Source: Octopus sinensis (Eukaryota). From it: a DNA stretch of 24,955 bases. The stretch is from the NCBI RefSeq assembly GCF_006345805.1, contig NW_021836288.1, forward strand, positions 1 to 24,955, in the 5' to 3' direction. Below the pieces are notes generated by a model, which ran no database searches, was not told where the DNA came from, and saw only the letters and a program-made list of their open reading frames with translations. This document shows positions 10,709 to 22,572 of this stretch, in pieces. Made by a program: the position numbers and the translations under genes. Every line of letters begins with the position of its first letter. Positions within the stretch are counted from its first letter, which is position 1.

Positions 10709-11204
10709 CTATAAGTTATGATCTCTTTCACCTTGTCTCTCACCAGTGACAGAGTCCTGACAAAAGGTTATATTTGTTGCCCTTCATTCTATAACTACAC
10801 CCCAAACAACTCTGTAGAATTCATTATATTTTTTTGTCACTGTAGTCTACAGATCATATATGACATGCAGTACACTGGCTGACAAAGGTAATGGCTGTAT
10901 CTCAGCACAGTCTGTATTAATTGTTAGCATTGAATGCAACATTCTTAGTTTGTATCTTACTTTATTAGATTGTTTTTTTTTTAATCATCTAACAAGTATT
11001 TGAGAGTTTGAATTATTAGTTTATTTCATTCAACCAGTTCTTCAATTCATTTGCTATCCATTTCACGAAATGCCTTTGATATTATTAATTTGATCTCAAG
11101 TACATCAACCAAGTGTTTTGACTTTAAAGACTTGATAAAAATGCTTTTAGTTTTCTGTTTTGTTCTGATCATTTTAATAGGTTTTTTTTAGTTGTTGGAG
11201 AATT

Positions 11205-11546
11205 TCTGCAAGTTCATCAGCCCCAATTTCAGGCCTCTTCCTATGGATTACTGTGTATGGAGCACAGTTGAAAAAGACATTAACTACTCTGCATACAACA
11301 CCAAAGTTGAGTTGGTAGCCAAGATCAATGGGGGGTATTCAAAGATCTTCGTAGAGACACTGTGAGGCATGCATGTGCCAGGTTCTGGAGCCATCTTGAG
11401 GCCTTACAGAAGCTAAGGGCAGCTACTTTGAGTAAACTATTATCACCTGTTATTATTTTCACATTTGGATGAAATATTATGTTTCCATTTCCTTTTATGT
11501 AAACTGTCCATTCCAAACATCGAAAAATATCCCCCCCCACCTCTTA
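11205..11546 (+). mobile_element. 3' fragment of a second maT/DD37D-like transposon
   Basis: Frameshifted PMDYCVWSTVEKDINYSAYNTKVELVAKI / VFKDLRRDTVRHACARFWSHLEA / EAKGSYFE* (stop at 11433-11435), homologous to the C-terminus seen at ~900-1100. Confidence 0.75.
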
Positions 11547-11975
11547 GCAAAGAAAACTGGGTGTAAACAAGCAAAAGGAAGGTAACTAAAAAGCTATAAA
11601 TGTATGTGCACGTGTGGGTGTAATCATTTTGATTGTGACAACTTATTCAATACATTTTGTATTAAGTTTTTTCTCATCAGTAAATGTTCTGTTGTTACTC
11701 TTAAGATTTCTTTAATTATACACACACACACATAAAGATATATAGGGTGGGCAGAAGTCACACACTAAAGCCTTTAACATTTTATTTATATTCCATTATT
11801 ATTATTATTATTCATTTTCTTCACCATGTACAAGTACGTGTGTATTCATCATTATTTTATTTCTTTTATTCAATTTCAGAAAAACTGAAGCATGTCTTTG
11901 ATAATTCTAGAATGTATTGAACTTATTTTGTGTGTTGCTTTTAGACCATCAAGCATATATATATATATATATATA

Positions 11976-12059
11976 TATTCCTGAAGAGAAAGACACAATA
12001 TGGTCCCATTATTCAATCGGATTTTGGTAATTTGTGCCTTTCGAAACACGTGTAGAATG
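11976..12059 (+). ncRNA. Type I hammerhead ribozyme, minimal palindromic stem III
   Basis: Stem I UAUUC (11976-80) / GAAUG (12055-59); core CUGAAGA (11981-87); stem II GAAAGACACAA (11988-98) / UUGUGCCUUUC (12032-42), 10 of 11 pairs and closed by G-C; GAAA (12043-46); perfect palindrome ACACGUGU (12046-53); cleavage triplet GUA (12052-54); AATAAA at 12061. Confidence 0.88.
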
Positions 12060-12115
12060 AAATAAAACGATTTCTGTTCAATCTGCGTTCAGCTCCATTT
12101 CTTCAATTCACCAAT

Positions 12116-12149
<34 letters not shown>

Positions 12150-12475
12150 CATCATTACAATCACTGTCATCACTTAACGTCCATTTTCCATGCTGGCATG
12201 GGTTGGATAGTTTCACAGGAACTGACCAGCTGAAGAATTGCCCAAACTCCATGTCTGTTTTACAGAGTGTACTGGGTGCTTTTACACAGCATTGGCTTGG
12301 GTGTTTTATGTAGCACCGCACATGTATTTTTCACAGGGCATCAGCACCCAGGAGCCCATAAGATTAGGATCACTCAGCTGATGAGGGATGTAAGGGACAT
12401 GCCTGCTGGCAAAGGTTTTACTTAGCTTGTCATATCTTCTCAAGGACAACAAACCACCAGAATTCTCAATCTAAA
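12150..12475 (-). mobile_element. RTE-X-like LINE 3' end or its SINE partner tail
   Basis: Reverse complement ends CCAACCCATGCCAGCATGGAAAATGGACGTTAAGTGATG, like the tail at 21805-21846; GAGAAGATATGACAAGCTAAGTAA matches 21695-21718. Confidence 0.75.
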
Positions 12476-14229
12476 CCATCAAGAAGCATCCATTTCACTT
12501 GTTCTATTTATAATACACTGTCATTTAAACCTTCTTCATTCTGTTATTGCTTTTTTTCATTGATTATTGAAGAGGAGGAGGGTCCCTACTCACCATACAT
12601 TGTGAATGTAGGTGGTAGTTTTAAGATTTGTCTTGCATTTACATTATAAATCATATGTAATTATGTAGTTTTTCACAATCACTAGTTTAAACTGATCTTG
12701 TTTTTTTTTGGTGGGGGTCTTTTTATTTATATCATTTTCAAAACATAAACACTTGATTGTTTGATCATTCTATTACATCTGTAGGATGTTAACTTCAACT
12801 CAATAAGCCCTTATAGTCTTCTGTTGTGTCTCATTAAGTAAAAAATAATTAAAGAGACAACAAGTTTTGTGACCTGTTTCAATTCATAGTAATATTGTAA
12901 TGCTTTTTCAATAAGCACCCTTTGGAAAGGCATGCATATCTTGAATTCCAGTTCTTTATTTTCATGCCAGTAAGACTAGATACCTATGAATGACTATCTA
13001 TTGCAATAGATTGTGATATAAATATAAATATATCCCTCATACTTTACCGCAGTTGGTCACATTTTTATCTGTCTGTTTTGTTCAGGCAATATCTCAACTG
13101 TGAAAACTGGAGAAAATAAAGTGTTTTGTGAAAGGACTCGGTGTCTTAAACAAGAATAGAACATCAGACCTGTAGGCTAGAAAGTAGTATAAGCAATATG
13201 CTAATCAAAACAGAAATCAAGACTGTGGAAACATGTGGATTCCTCTATTGAGTTTATGTATCAGGGTTGATATATGATTCATTGGCCCAGTCAACTACTG
13301 AACCAATGTAATTGATTATATCCTCCCCTAAACTTGAGGTCTTGTGCAAATATTAGAAGTCAATATTATAGAAAATGGCTGGAGATAATTAATTTACAGT
13401 GTTTATTTCCATCACTGTGTTTTAAGTTCACCACACCGGTTACCTTCACTATTTGCTATTGTAGACTAAATATGATAATTACCACTCAGATGCTGAGGAA
13501 GACTAAGAAGGCACCTGGCTCACTGGTGAGAGCATTGATTTCCATTTGTGATGAAGTAAAAGAAACTTTATTTCTTTTTTATGGTAGACACGAGTGGAGT
13601 GAGAATGAGGTTATATAATGTTTCTGCATTTCTTGAAAGCATTTCAGTTAATTAACAATTTCTAACCATATTCTATGGCACATACCACCATTTTGTAAAA
13701 CATCTATATTTTTATATTTCATATTTTATCCCCTTATTCCACTCTTCCTATATCTTTGTTGTCCATACCTTTATACTTATGTATCTGGTGCTCATGTCCC
13801 TATTGCTCATCTTTCAATCACTCCCATCTCAGTCATACTGTACAATGCCACCAGAGTAACTAAGGATGGTAGTGGATTTCATTCACCATACATTGCTTCC
13901 AGTGTAATCTGGGATGCAAACTGACCCTATCACCAACAATTCAACCAATCTCCCTCTCATCATTTCACCCTAGTTCTTTACCTATCTTGAAGCCTATGCA
14001 TAAGAGACCTTATCATATATACATGTACCCCATACATCTACCTAAACTCTTCAAATGGTTTTTGGTATTGAAATCTACCACCATTTATCCTCTACTTGCT
14101 ACCTATCACTCTCTCTCTTTCTCTTTCTCCATTGTCCTTTCTAGTGCTGATGTCACAATAAAATGTGCCCAGTACACTTAGGAGTTGGGAGGCCCCTTTA
14201 GTTTTGTTAAAGGCAGAACAGCCTCTCTA

Positions 14230-14375
14230 GTATTGGTGTCGTGGAAAATGCGCCTAGTATGCTCCGGGAAGTGGTTGGTGTTTGGAAGGACATCCAGTCA
14301 TTGAAACCAAACCAAAAACAAATACTTACAAGCAAGATGTGGTCCTCTAACACATGCCAGCTTGTAAAGCAGACA
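14230..14375 (+). mobile_element. SINE 3' fragment
   Basis: GTGGTTGGTGTTTGGAAGGACATCCAG block and CACATGCCAGC tail, related to 22131-22299. Confidence 0.6.
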
Positions 14376-14396
14376 TAAATATGGCATGACTGTGTA

Positions 14397-14556
14397 GGTG
14401 CAGGTATGGCTGTGTGGTAAAGAAGTTTGCTTTGCAACTGCATGGTTTTGGATTCAGTCCTCCTGTACAACACCTTGGACAAGTGTCTTCTGCTATAGCC
14501 CCAAGTTGGCCAATACCTTGTGAGTAAATATGGTTGATGTATACTGCAGAAAGCCC

Positions 14557-14590
<34 letters not shown>
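14397..14590 (+). mobile_element. 5' half of an OK-like tRNA/CORE SINE, ending in (TG)n
   Basis: Colinear with 6123-6310 (GGTGCAGGTATGGCTGTGTGGTAAAG...ACCTTGGACAAGTGTCTTCTGCTATAGC). Confidence 0.8.
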
Positions 14591-14592
<2 letters not shown>

Positions 14593-16499
14593 TGAAAATT
14601 TTCAACCTATGGCTTCATTGAGGTGAGCCAGTTGTGTTGTTTGTATTCCTTGTTGACATTATATCTGATCGCTATCCCTTACTTGCGATAAGTAAAGTTG
14701 GTGACAAGAAGAGCATTCAATAGTAAAATCCTGTTTCAAATACCTCCCCATACCTTCCCAGCAAAGGAAAAGAGACAAATATTAAACAAATGAAAGAATG
14801 AATTACATATGTATATCTTTCAGTCACAAAAACAGCAAACCAGAATGCAGTGATATTAATAAGCAAACCAGCGAATCAAAAGTGGGTCACAGACTCCCAA
14901 ATAGGGCAAGAGAAGCCTTGTATTTCTAGCAAACATAGTAGAACAATAAATGCGTTGAGTGGAGTAGTCTCTCTTAGTCATGTTGACATTATTTTAGAGA
15001 AAATTTAGTCTATTTCCTTTTAATGTCACTTAATAATTGCTAAGTGAAGTTCACAAGCAAGTGACACATTGCCTCCACTAGAGAGAATTTAATCTTGGAA
15101 AGGATGTCCTACTAACTATAGCGATATCCTAGCTTTTCCATTTAAATTGCTCTATATATAGACATAACTGTGAGGGCATCAGTATCAATGACTCATTCTC
15201 TTAGTATATATGCTTTGTCTCTTTAAGTTGAAGAATCTCTTTAGCACTTGAGGTGATTTATAGGTACACATATTGTCAATTTTACAAGTTTGTAACTTAT
15301 ATTAATTCACTTGTTTTGATCTGATGGCACAAACTTTTTTATTTTTTTGGTTCATAAACATTTCTAGAGAAGTTCATCAATGGATATTTTTAATTAGAAT
15401 AAGGGTAAAATATTGATGTGAGAGGTCCCGACACCTGATCTACATTACCAGTTCAAATAACAAATCTAATGAAATACCATTCATACGCTGATTTGTTTCA
15501 CTCGCCCCTACTCTGCAAAATATTCCTTTTTTGGTGTGGCTTGCTATTATGATTCCATTAATGTAGCAATCAGTTGAGAGCTAAACTTTAAATGTTCGAA
15601 CATTTAATCTGCATCTGAGTTGCAGATTTATTTGGCATCTCTCCAGATTTGATAAAATTACTGACACAAAATATCAGTTTTAATCTCTCTGTGATTAAAC
15701 TCTATTTAGGTCTGTTGATGACAGTGTGAGTTAATTAGGAGTCTCTTTGAGCTTTTGATGATTAGAGAGTAGTTATTTAATTGAAAGTTTCACTTTGTTC
15801 ATATCTGTGTGTGTGTGTTTTATTAATGTATTAATACCATAATCTCTCAACCATTATAATGGTTAACCATGTGAAAATTAATCAATTTTATCACCAATTT
15901 AATATCATGCTTTCATACATGCACAAAATACCAATGTTTCTGAATATGATAATCCCTCTGTTGTGAAGAAGTGTGAGAAAGAGAGACTAGTTACCTCGTA
16001 AATAATATTATCACTATATAGTTTAAATGTAACTATTTCTGTTTAAATCTTTCAGTAATCATGATTAGTCAAATCAGTTGGTTTTCTTTTTATTACTAAT
16101 CCTCTCTCAATGACATGGAACTGTCAGTATTTAAGTGATATATAATGAGTTCATCAGTTCGAGAAAGAAATTATTACCACTGACTGCTAGAACCAACATC
16201 CAAGAAAGGCGAGACATAAGTAATTGATAGAGACCATTTATCTCATGACACATTTCCAGACAGCTTTTTGTGGATCAATATACTGAATAAGATGGGGATT
16301 CCATAATGGAAATGCAAGCTGTAAGTTTTGATAGTCCATAGTCACATATAATTTTTAAGGTGAATGACTGAGAAAAGTCTTATTGAATGATGTCATGATG
16401 TTATATGAGCAAGAGAGGCATGCATACTAGAGACATTGACAACAGAGACATGTACAGCAAAATAAGAGAGGTGTGAGTGATAGTGTAGATAAACAGGAA

Positions 16500-19400
16500 G
16501 CTATCAAAGAGGACAATGATGTATCTGAGCATTGGGTTCATCAGTTTCCATCCAGTCTCCTCGGTTGATGTTTGTGCTGAAAGTGACTTTGGAGTCCAAG
16601 TTGGTGGTGAAAGAGTCGGGGATGTTGAAGATGCTCCTTTCTTCTCCTGTGTTTTTCCTCCTCATTCTGTTGTCTGTTCTGCTCGAAGGAGCTGGCTCCA
16701 TTGCGGATAGCAGTCCTCCAGGCTGTCCTATCCATGAGGATAGCTGGATGTTAGCTTGATCCAAGGTCCATTTGAGCTCATCTGTCAAATGGAATTTCGG
16801 ACCTCCTCTGGGTTTTGTTCTAATTGCAAGTTCTCCATAGAGCATGATCATTGGGAGACGAGGGCTCCATATTCTGGATGTGACCTGCCCAGCAGAGACA
16901 ATGGCAAAGAATGGTAGCTTTGACAATTGGTAGTGAAGCGTGGCGAAGAACCTCATTGTTGGTAATGTGATTTTCCCATTGTATATTCACGATCTGTCAT
17001 AGCTTCAATTGCTGGAAGTATTCAAGGAGCTTGAAGTTGCAGCAGTACAACAACCAAGTCTCACAAGTGTAGAGTAGAGTTGACAGGACAATGACGTGGA
17101 AGACCATGATCTTTGTCCGGATGGTCAGCGCGTGATTGAAGAATACATGTTGGCTGAATCTGCCAAAGGTGGAGTGGCCCACCCCAATCCTGTTCTCCAT
17201 GACCTTTTCACACGTGGGGGGGGGGTCTTTGAAAGGATACTTCCAAGGTATATGAAGTGTTCAACTTCTAGGGGTTGGCCATTGATGCTAATGTTTGTGG
17301 GTGGACCGTTCTGGCCTTGTGCTGGTTGGCTTGGAGTGGCATTGTCATTGGCATACTGCATCTCATAGACTGAGATGGCGAAGGTACTCATCTTTGTGTG
17401 GAAACGTGTGAGATTGAAGAGTCTGCCATCCAAGCAATAGCACATGTTGATGGAGGGATTTCATTGAATATGGCAGCCATGTACAAAGAGAAACAGATTG
17501 GTGTCAGGATGCATCCTTGCTTAAGATCCCCAGTGATGGGAAATGGGTCTGTGGGAGCATTTTGATGGCATAGACTACCCACCATGCCATCGTGAAGGGA
17601 GTGGATCAGAGCAATGATGTCCTCCAGACATCCAAACTAGGCAAGGACAGCCCATATTGCAGGACGGGGGACCTTGTCAAAGGCTTTCTTTAGATCCCAG
17701 AAGATGAACATTGCAGGCTGTTGTTGTTCCTGACATTTCTCCTGGAGTTGACGGGCACAAAAGATTATGTCGATTGTGCCTTGAGAGGGTTGAAAGCCAC
17801 ACTGGGACTCAAGGAGGACATCTTCTGTGAGGATGAGGAGGCGATTAAGTTAGGATACAGGCAAAGATCTTATTTCCAATACTCAGGAGTGAGATGCCCC
17901 AATAGTTGTTGCAATCCTCTTGGTCTCCCTTCTTGTAGATGGTGTTGATAGTTGCATCGTGGAGTTGTTTGGGGTGTCTTGCTTTCCCAGATCTTGAGGA
18001 TAAAGAGCATCAGATGATTTCTCAGCTCAGGACCAGCGATCAAGGATTCCCTGGGTATCGGTTATCATAGAGCCAGCTGCATTCTACAGGCTGCCCACTA
18101 ATGACCTTGTGAGGCCAAAGTTCTCCTTGGTTGCAGCATAAAAGCTGCACAAATCTTGTTGGTCCACATAGTTTTGCATCTTCTCTGCTTTCCTCTGCCA
18201 CTAGATGTTCTGAGCATCTCAAATTCCTTGCTGGTTTTCCACTGATGCTTGCTGGTGTTTTCATTTGTTCTCCGCAGTGGCATGGTTCTCGAGGGCGAGT
18301 TTGATAAAACGGGAGATGGTTTCATCATTCTTGTCAAACCAGTCTTGGACCTTCTTCCAGGCAAAGCCGATCATCTCCTCAGTATCAGCAGTCATGGCTT
18401 CACAAAAGTTGGTCCAGTGAACCACAGTGAAGGTTGGCTTTGGAAGGTCCATCAGGTGTCTCTCAATGGATTCCCTGAAGTCTTGGGATGCCTGTAAGTT
18501 CCAGAGTTTGGTGCGGTTGAAGAATCGGCAAGGGATTTTTGCTGTGACCCTCTTTGGTGGGCAGCAGATTCTGATGTCAAAGCAAGAAATAAGAAGGCAG
18601 TGATCCATTCAGCAATCATCTGCACCAGACATGGAGCAGGTGATGTCCCCCAATACAACGAGTTTGTCATGTGCAGGGACTGTCTGGATGGTGCGGTCCA
18701 GCAGGTTGTAGAACAAAACCTTGATGTTATCTTCAGATGTGAGGCTAAAAGCATGCACAGAGATCAGCATAAGGAATCTGTCCCAGATGAGTGGGATCCG
18801 AACAGTCATTAGGCACTCACTAACAGCAGTTGGGACGAGTCTGTGTTGGTCCACGCGTTGCATTTTGATGGTAAGGCCAACTCCATGGATGCGTGGTTCA
18901 TTAGGATTCTTCCCTTTCCAAAAGATGGTGTATTTGGAGCCAGCTTCTCTGATGCTGCCTTCTCCAGGAAGCCTAGTCTCACTCAAGGCTGCTATGTTGA
19001 TGTTGAAGTGTGCAAGTTACTTGCAGACGAGGGCTGGACGTCACTCTGGTCAATTAATGTCACTCTTGTCTTGGAGAGTGCAGATGTTCCAGGCCCCAAA
19101 GGTGAGAGGTTGTGAAACAGAGGATTTAGTAGAGTTCCAACCACTAAGTGGAAGGTCCACCAGCCACAGTATACTGACCAGATCAAGTTGCCGTCTCTGA
19201 TGTTTACCCCACCTTTTTTAGGGGCTTCCCCTTGAGGAGTGGGCTGTGGTAGTCCTAAAGAGGCTAGCCCAGTCACAAGTCTAGCTGCTGAACTCCAATG
19301 TCACAGCTATTCATTGAAGAGTGACCATCTGAGATTTGCTGCCAGTATGTGGTCATGGACTAGAGGCTTCCAGCTTTCAAGACCTGCCTCTGGTGCCTAT

Positions 19401-19830
19401 GATACCATTGACATTGGGCTTTTTGGGAAAGATTAGAAAGATGAAGCCATTTGCTGAGTAAATTGTTTGAGGTGATCGTGGCTGCACATCACCCACATGC
19501 ATGCACTTGGCCAAGTACTTCTCCACTGTGGCTCAAGTATTGATGTGACTGGTTGCAGTGAGTTGCTGGAGTCTATCAGCCTTTGTCATGCCTGCCCGCC
19601 AGGTGTTGCCCTTTTTCCACCGGATTCAATCCTTAGGAGCTTGAGATAGCCTTCTTCTGCTTGCTCCGCCATTGGGGTCTTGATGTTGGTGTTTGGTTGT
19701 GTTTATTCTGGGACCTTATCCTCGACCTTGCCACTATGGGTGGCCCCTACCAGGAGTCTGAGACTCCAGACAGTATCACTCTCAGGATCATTGGAACACA
19801 CAAGCACTTCCAACAAGATAAGGGACAACC
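16500..19830 (-). mobile_element. Near full-length, internally deleted RTE-clade LINE
   Basis: APE endonuclease (SETRLPGEGSIREAG...RIHGVG...KLVVLGD, 18609-18986), linker (QDWFDKND), RT motifs (GDLKQGCILTPICFSLY, QYAND), C-terminal YGEL...RGGP and LGLQSH segments; structured 5' end at 19695-19830. Many stops and frameshifts. Confidence 0.93.
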
Positions 19831-20029
19831 ATCAGAAGAGAGTATTTATATATGCTCATAACCAAATACCTACACATATTTGTGCATACATATACCTAAT
19901 TATAAGAGCTTATAGATATACATACACACATATGTATGTGCGTGCATGCATTCCCATAAATATACATTTATACCTTAAGCTTTTTTGACAATTTTAAAAA
20001 TCTAGTTTGTCCATTGATAATTATATCCA

Positions 20030-20420
20030 GGTCATGTTTGTCAACTGACTTCTTAAGGTTGGTGTCACTGAGTAAGTAAATTCCAGGTTTTTATCTTGAA
20101 ATGTTTAAAGGTCAGCAATCAATTGCTGCATCATGTCCAAATCAGACTGTGGGAAAGAACAGATCCACATATTTTAGCACAGTAATAGAATCCAAATTGG
20201 CATCTATTTCATTAATACATATGAATGACAGGGACCATAAACAGATCCCTGTGGGAGCCTCAGATGTCATAACTTAAGGTGCAGAATATTGTCCCAATAC
20301 CATGTCTACATTTTCCAATTAAGAATATATTTAATATTTCTGTATGATAAGAGGTGAAAAGGAATAAAGTTCATTCTGGTACACTAAATGGAATTTACAT
20401 TTTTTAACTACCTTATTTAA
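20030..20420 (-). mobile_element. CR1/L2-like reverse transcriptase remnant
   Basis: Minus-strand LPQGSVYGP followed, after a frameshift, by FICINEIDANLDSITVLKYVD, matching the PQGSVLGP...IND...YADD pattern. Confidence 0.55.
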
Positions 20421-20439
20421 AAATTTATGAATAAAATCA

Positions 20440-21846
20440 ATTTTTTGCCTGTGAGATGCACCCCTGATGCTGTATTTCTGGTAAGGCAACTGGTAAGTAC
20501 CTTGCTAAAAATAGACCTTTGTACTTGGCTTTTGTTTACATGGAGTAAGCCTTCAACAGGGTCCCCTATTCCCTTATCTGGTGGTAATTGCAGAAACTAG
20601 GAATAGAGAGCTATACAAGCCATGTACAGAGATGCTGTCAATAAGGTGAGGGTTGGCAACGAGTATAGCAATGAATTTCATGTACAAGTAGGAGTTCACC
20701 AAGGATCAGTCCTCAGCCCCCTCTTGTTCATCATAGTCCTCTAGGCAATAACAGAGAAATTTAAATTGGACTGCTCCTGGGAGCTCCTCTATGCTGATGA
20801 CCTTGTTCTCATAGCTGAATCTCTACCAGAACTGGAGAAAGAAATTTCAAGAATGGCAGTAAGGTCTGGAATCAAAGGGTCCTAGAGTTAGTTTAGCAAA
20901 AAGTAAAGTCTTACTAAATATTTCCTACTAGGTATTTCCTACTTAACAGACAAATCACAAATCCCTTCAGATATGTAAAAATGGCATAGGTAGAAACTCC
21001 ATAAGGTGTACTCAGTACAAACTATAAACACATAAAAGGTGAAGCAATATCAGAGGAAGGTTAACAGGAAAAATAGTCTTTGTATGTGGCAGATGTACAG
21101 GTACAATAAACGCTAGAAATATACAAAAAATAGACTCCATCAAATGCAAGGGGGATACCTAAAAGTAGTTGATAGCTTTCAGTATCTAGGTGACCAAGTC
21201 AGCAGTGGAGGTGGATGCTCTCAAAGCATAGCTGCTAGAATAAGAATAGGCTGGGCAAAGTTCAGAGAACTTCTACCTCTGTTGACAACAAAGGTCTCTC
21301 CCTCAGACTCAAAGGCAGATTGTATGATGCCTGTGTGCAAACAGCCATGCTACATGGCAGTAAAACATGTGTTGTGACTGCAGAGGACATGCAAAGTCTT
21401 GAAATAAATGAATGTAGTATGCTCCGCTGGATGTGCAATGTCAGTGTAAGCATTTTGAGAGAAAAATTGGGCATCAGGTGTGGTTTGCAAGAGAGATTAC
21501 TGTGCTGGTATGGTCATGTGATATGTATGGATCAAGACTGCTGAATAAAAAAGTGCCTATCTCTAACTATGGAGAAACCTGTGGTAGAGGTAGACCAGGA
21601 AGACACAGGGCTAGGTTGTAAAGCATGATCTTTGAATGTGAGGCCTCATGGAGGCAATGAGAACTGATCATGACCTTTGGTGATTTGCTGTACTTAAGAA
21701 GACTCTGTCAAGCCAAGTGAAATCATAGTTGGCTGGTGCCAGTGACTCAGCTTACCAGCTCCAGTCAAATCATCTCCAGCTTACCAGTTCCAATCAAATT
21801 ATCTAATCCATGCCAGCATGGAAAGCAGACGTTAAATGATGATGAT
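20440..21846 (+). mobile_element. 5'-truncated RTE-X-like LINE (RT domain through 3' tail)
   Basis: VGVHQGSVLSPLLFIIVL, WELLYADDLVLIAES, VDSFQYLGD, RIRIGWAKFRELLPLL, WYGHV and GRGRP; tail ends GTTAAATGATGATGAT. Frameshifted. Confidence 0.92.
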
Positions 21847-22045
21847 CTTCTAGTAACTCAAGCATTGTGCTATTTGTATTAAAAATCTAACTATTTATGC
21901 CTACATTAATATTTCTTTTAATTGTTCAGATTGTGGGAAAGATTTCCTAATAAGAAGAAAAACTAAGCTGTCGATCAAAAACAGGTTTTGTGTGTGGGTG
22001 AGAGAGAGTGAGTGAATGAGTGATTATGTACTACATAATCACGCA

Positions 22046-22299
22046 TGGTCGTATATTGCATATGGATGAAGACAGCTGTGTGAAGAAGTGTCACACCCTA
22101 ACAGTGGAAGGAACCTGTGGAAAAGGTAGATCCACTACACTCACGGAGTGGTTGGCGTTAGGAAGGGCATCCAGCCGTAGAAACACTGCCAGATCTGACT
22201 AGGCCTGATGAAGCCTTCCGGCTTCACAGACCCCAGTTGAACCATCCAACCCATGCTGGCATGGAAAACGGACGCTAAACGATGATGATGATGATGATG
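22046..22299 (+). mobile_element. Short RTE-X fragment (22046-22130) fused to a SINE 3' part ending in (GAT)n
   Basis: Translation HMDEDSCVKKCHTLTVEGTCGKGR resembles 21520-21600; followed by GGCGTTAGGAAGGGCATCCAGC...CCCATGCTGGCATGGAAAACGGACGCTAAACGATGATG. Confidence 0.8.
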
Positions 22300-22360
22300 A
22301 TATATATATACATACACGTGTGTATATGTTTGTATATATACATACACGTGTGTATATGTT

Positions 22361-22572
22361 TGTGTGTCTGTGTTTGTCCCCGCAAGATCACTTGATAACC
22401 GATGCTGGTGTGTTTACATCCCTGTAACTTAGCAGTTCAGCAAAAGAGACCGATAGAATAAGTTCTAGGCTTACAAAGAATAAGTCCTGCGGTCGATTTG
22501 CTCAACTAAAGGGCGGTGCTCCAGCATGTCTGCAGTCAAATGACTTGAAACCAGTAAAAGAATAAAAGAATA
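22361..22572 (+). mobile_element. 3' half of an OK-like SINE
   Basis: Colinear with 6305-6513 (ATGCTGGTGTGTTTACATCCC...GGTGCTCCAGCATG...CAGTCAAATGAC...AGTAAAAGA). Confidence 0.88.

Noticed and set aside
11190-11225. Minus-strand CUGAUGA...GAAA
   Set aside because: The 7 nt between the motifs cannot form stem II; it lies in a transposase remnant.
12378-12410. CTGATGAG motif
   Set aside because: No stem II and no GAAA. Other CTGANGA hits (e.g. near 170, 6864, 10697, 20794) failed in the same way.
18600-19200. Plus-strand ORFs up to 159 aa
   Set aside because: Antisense shadows of the RTE endonuclease region.
21748-21804. 29-bp tandem duplication (also small duplications at ~20918-20945 and 22303-22362)
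   Set aside because: Ordinary slippage duplications within decayed repeats.
22200-22235. CTGATGA followed by a small hairpin (AGCC-TTCC-GGCT), resembling a hammerhead core
   Set aside because: No GAAA follows the stem and there is no stem I or III; it lies inside an ordinary SINE.
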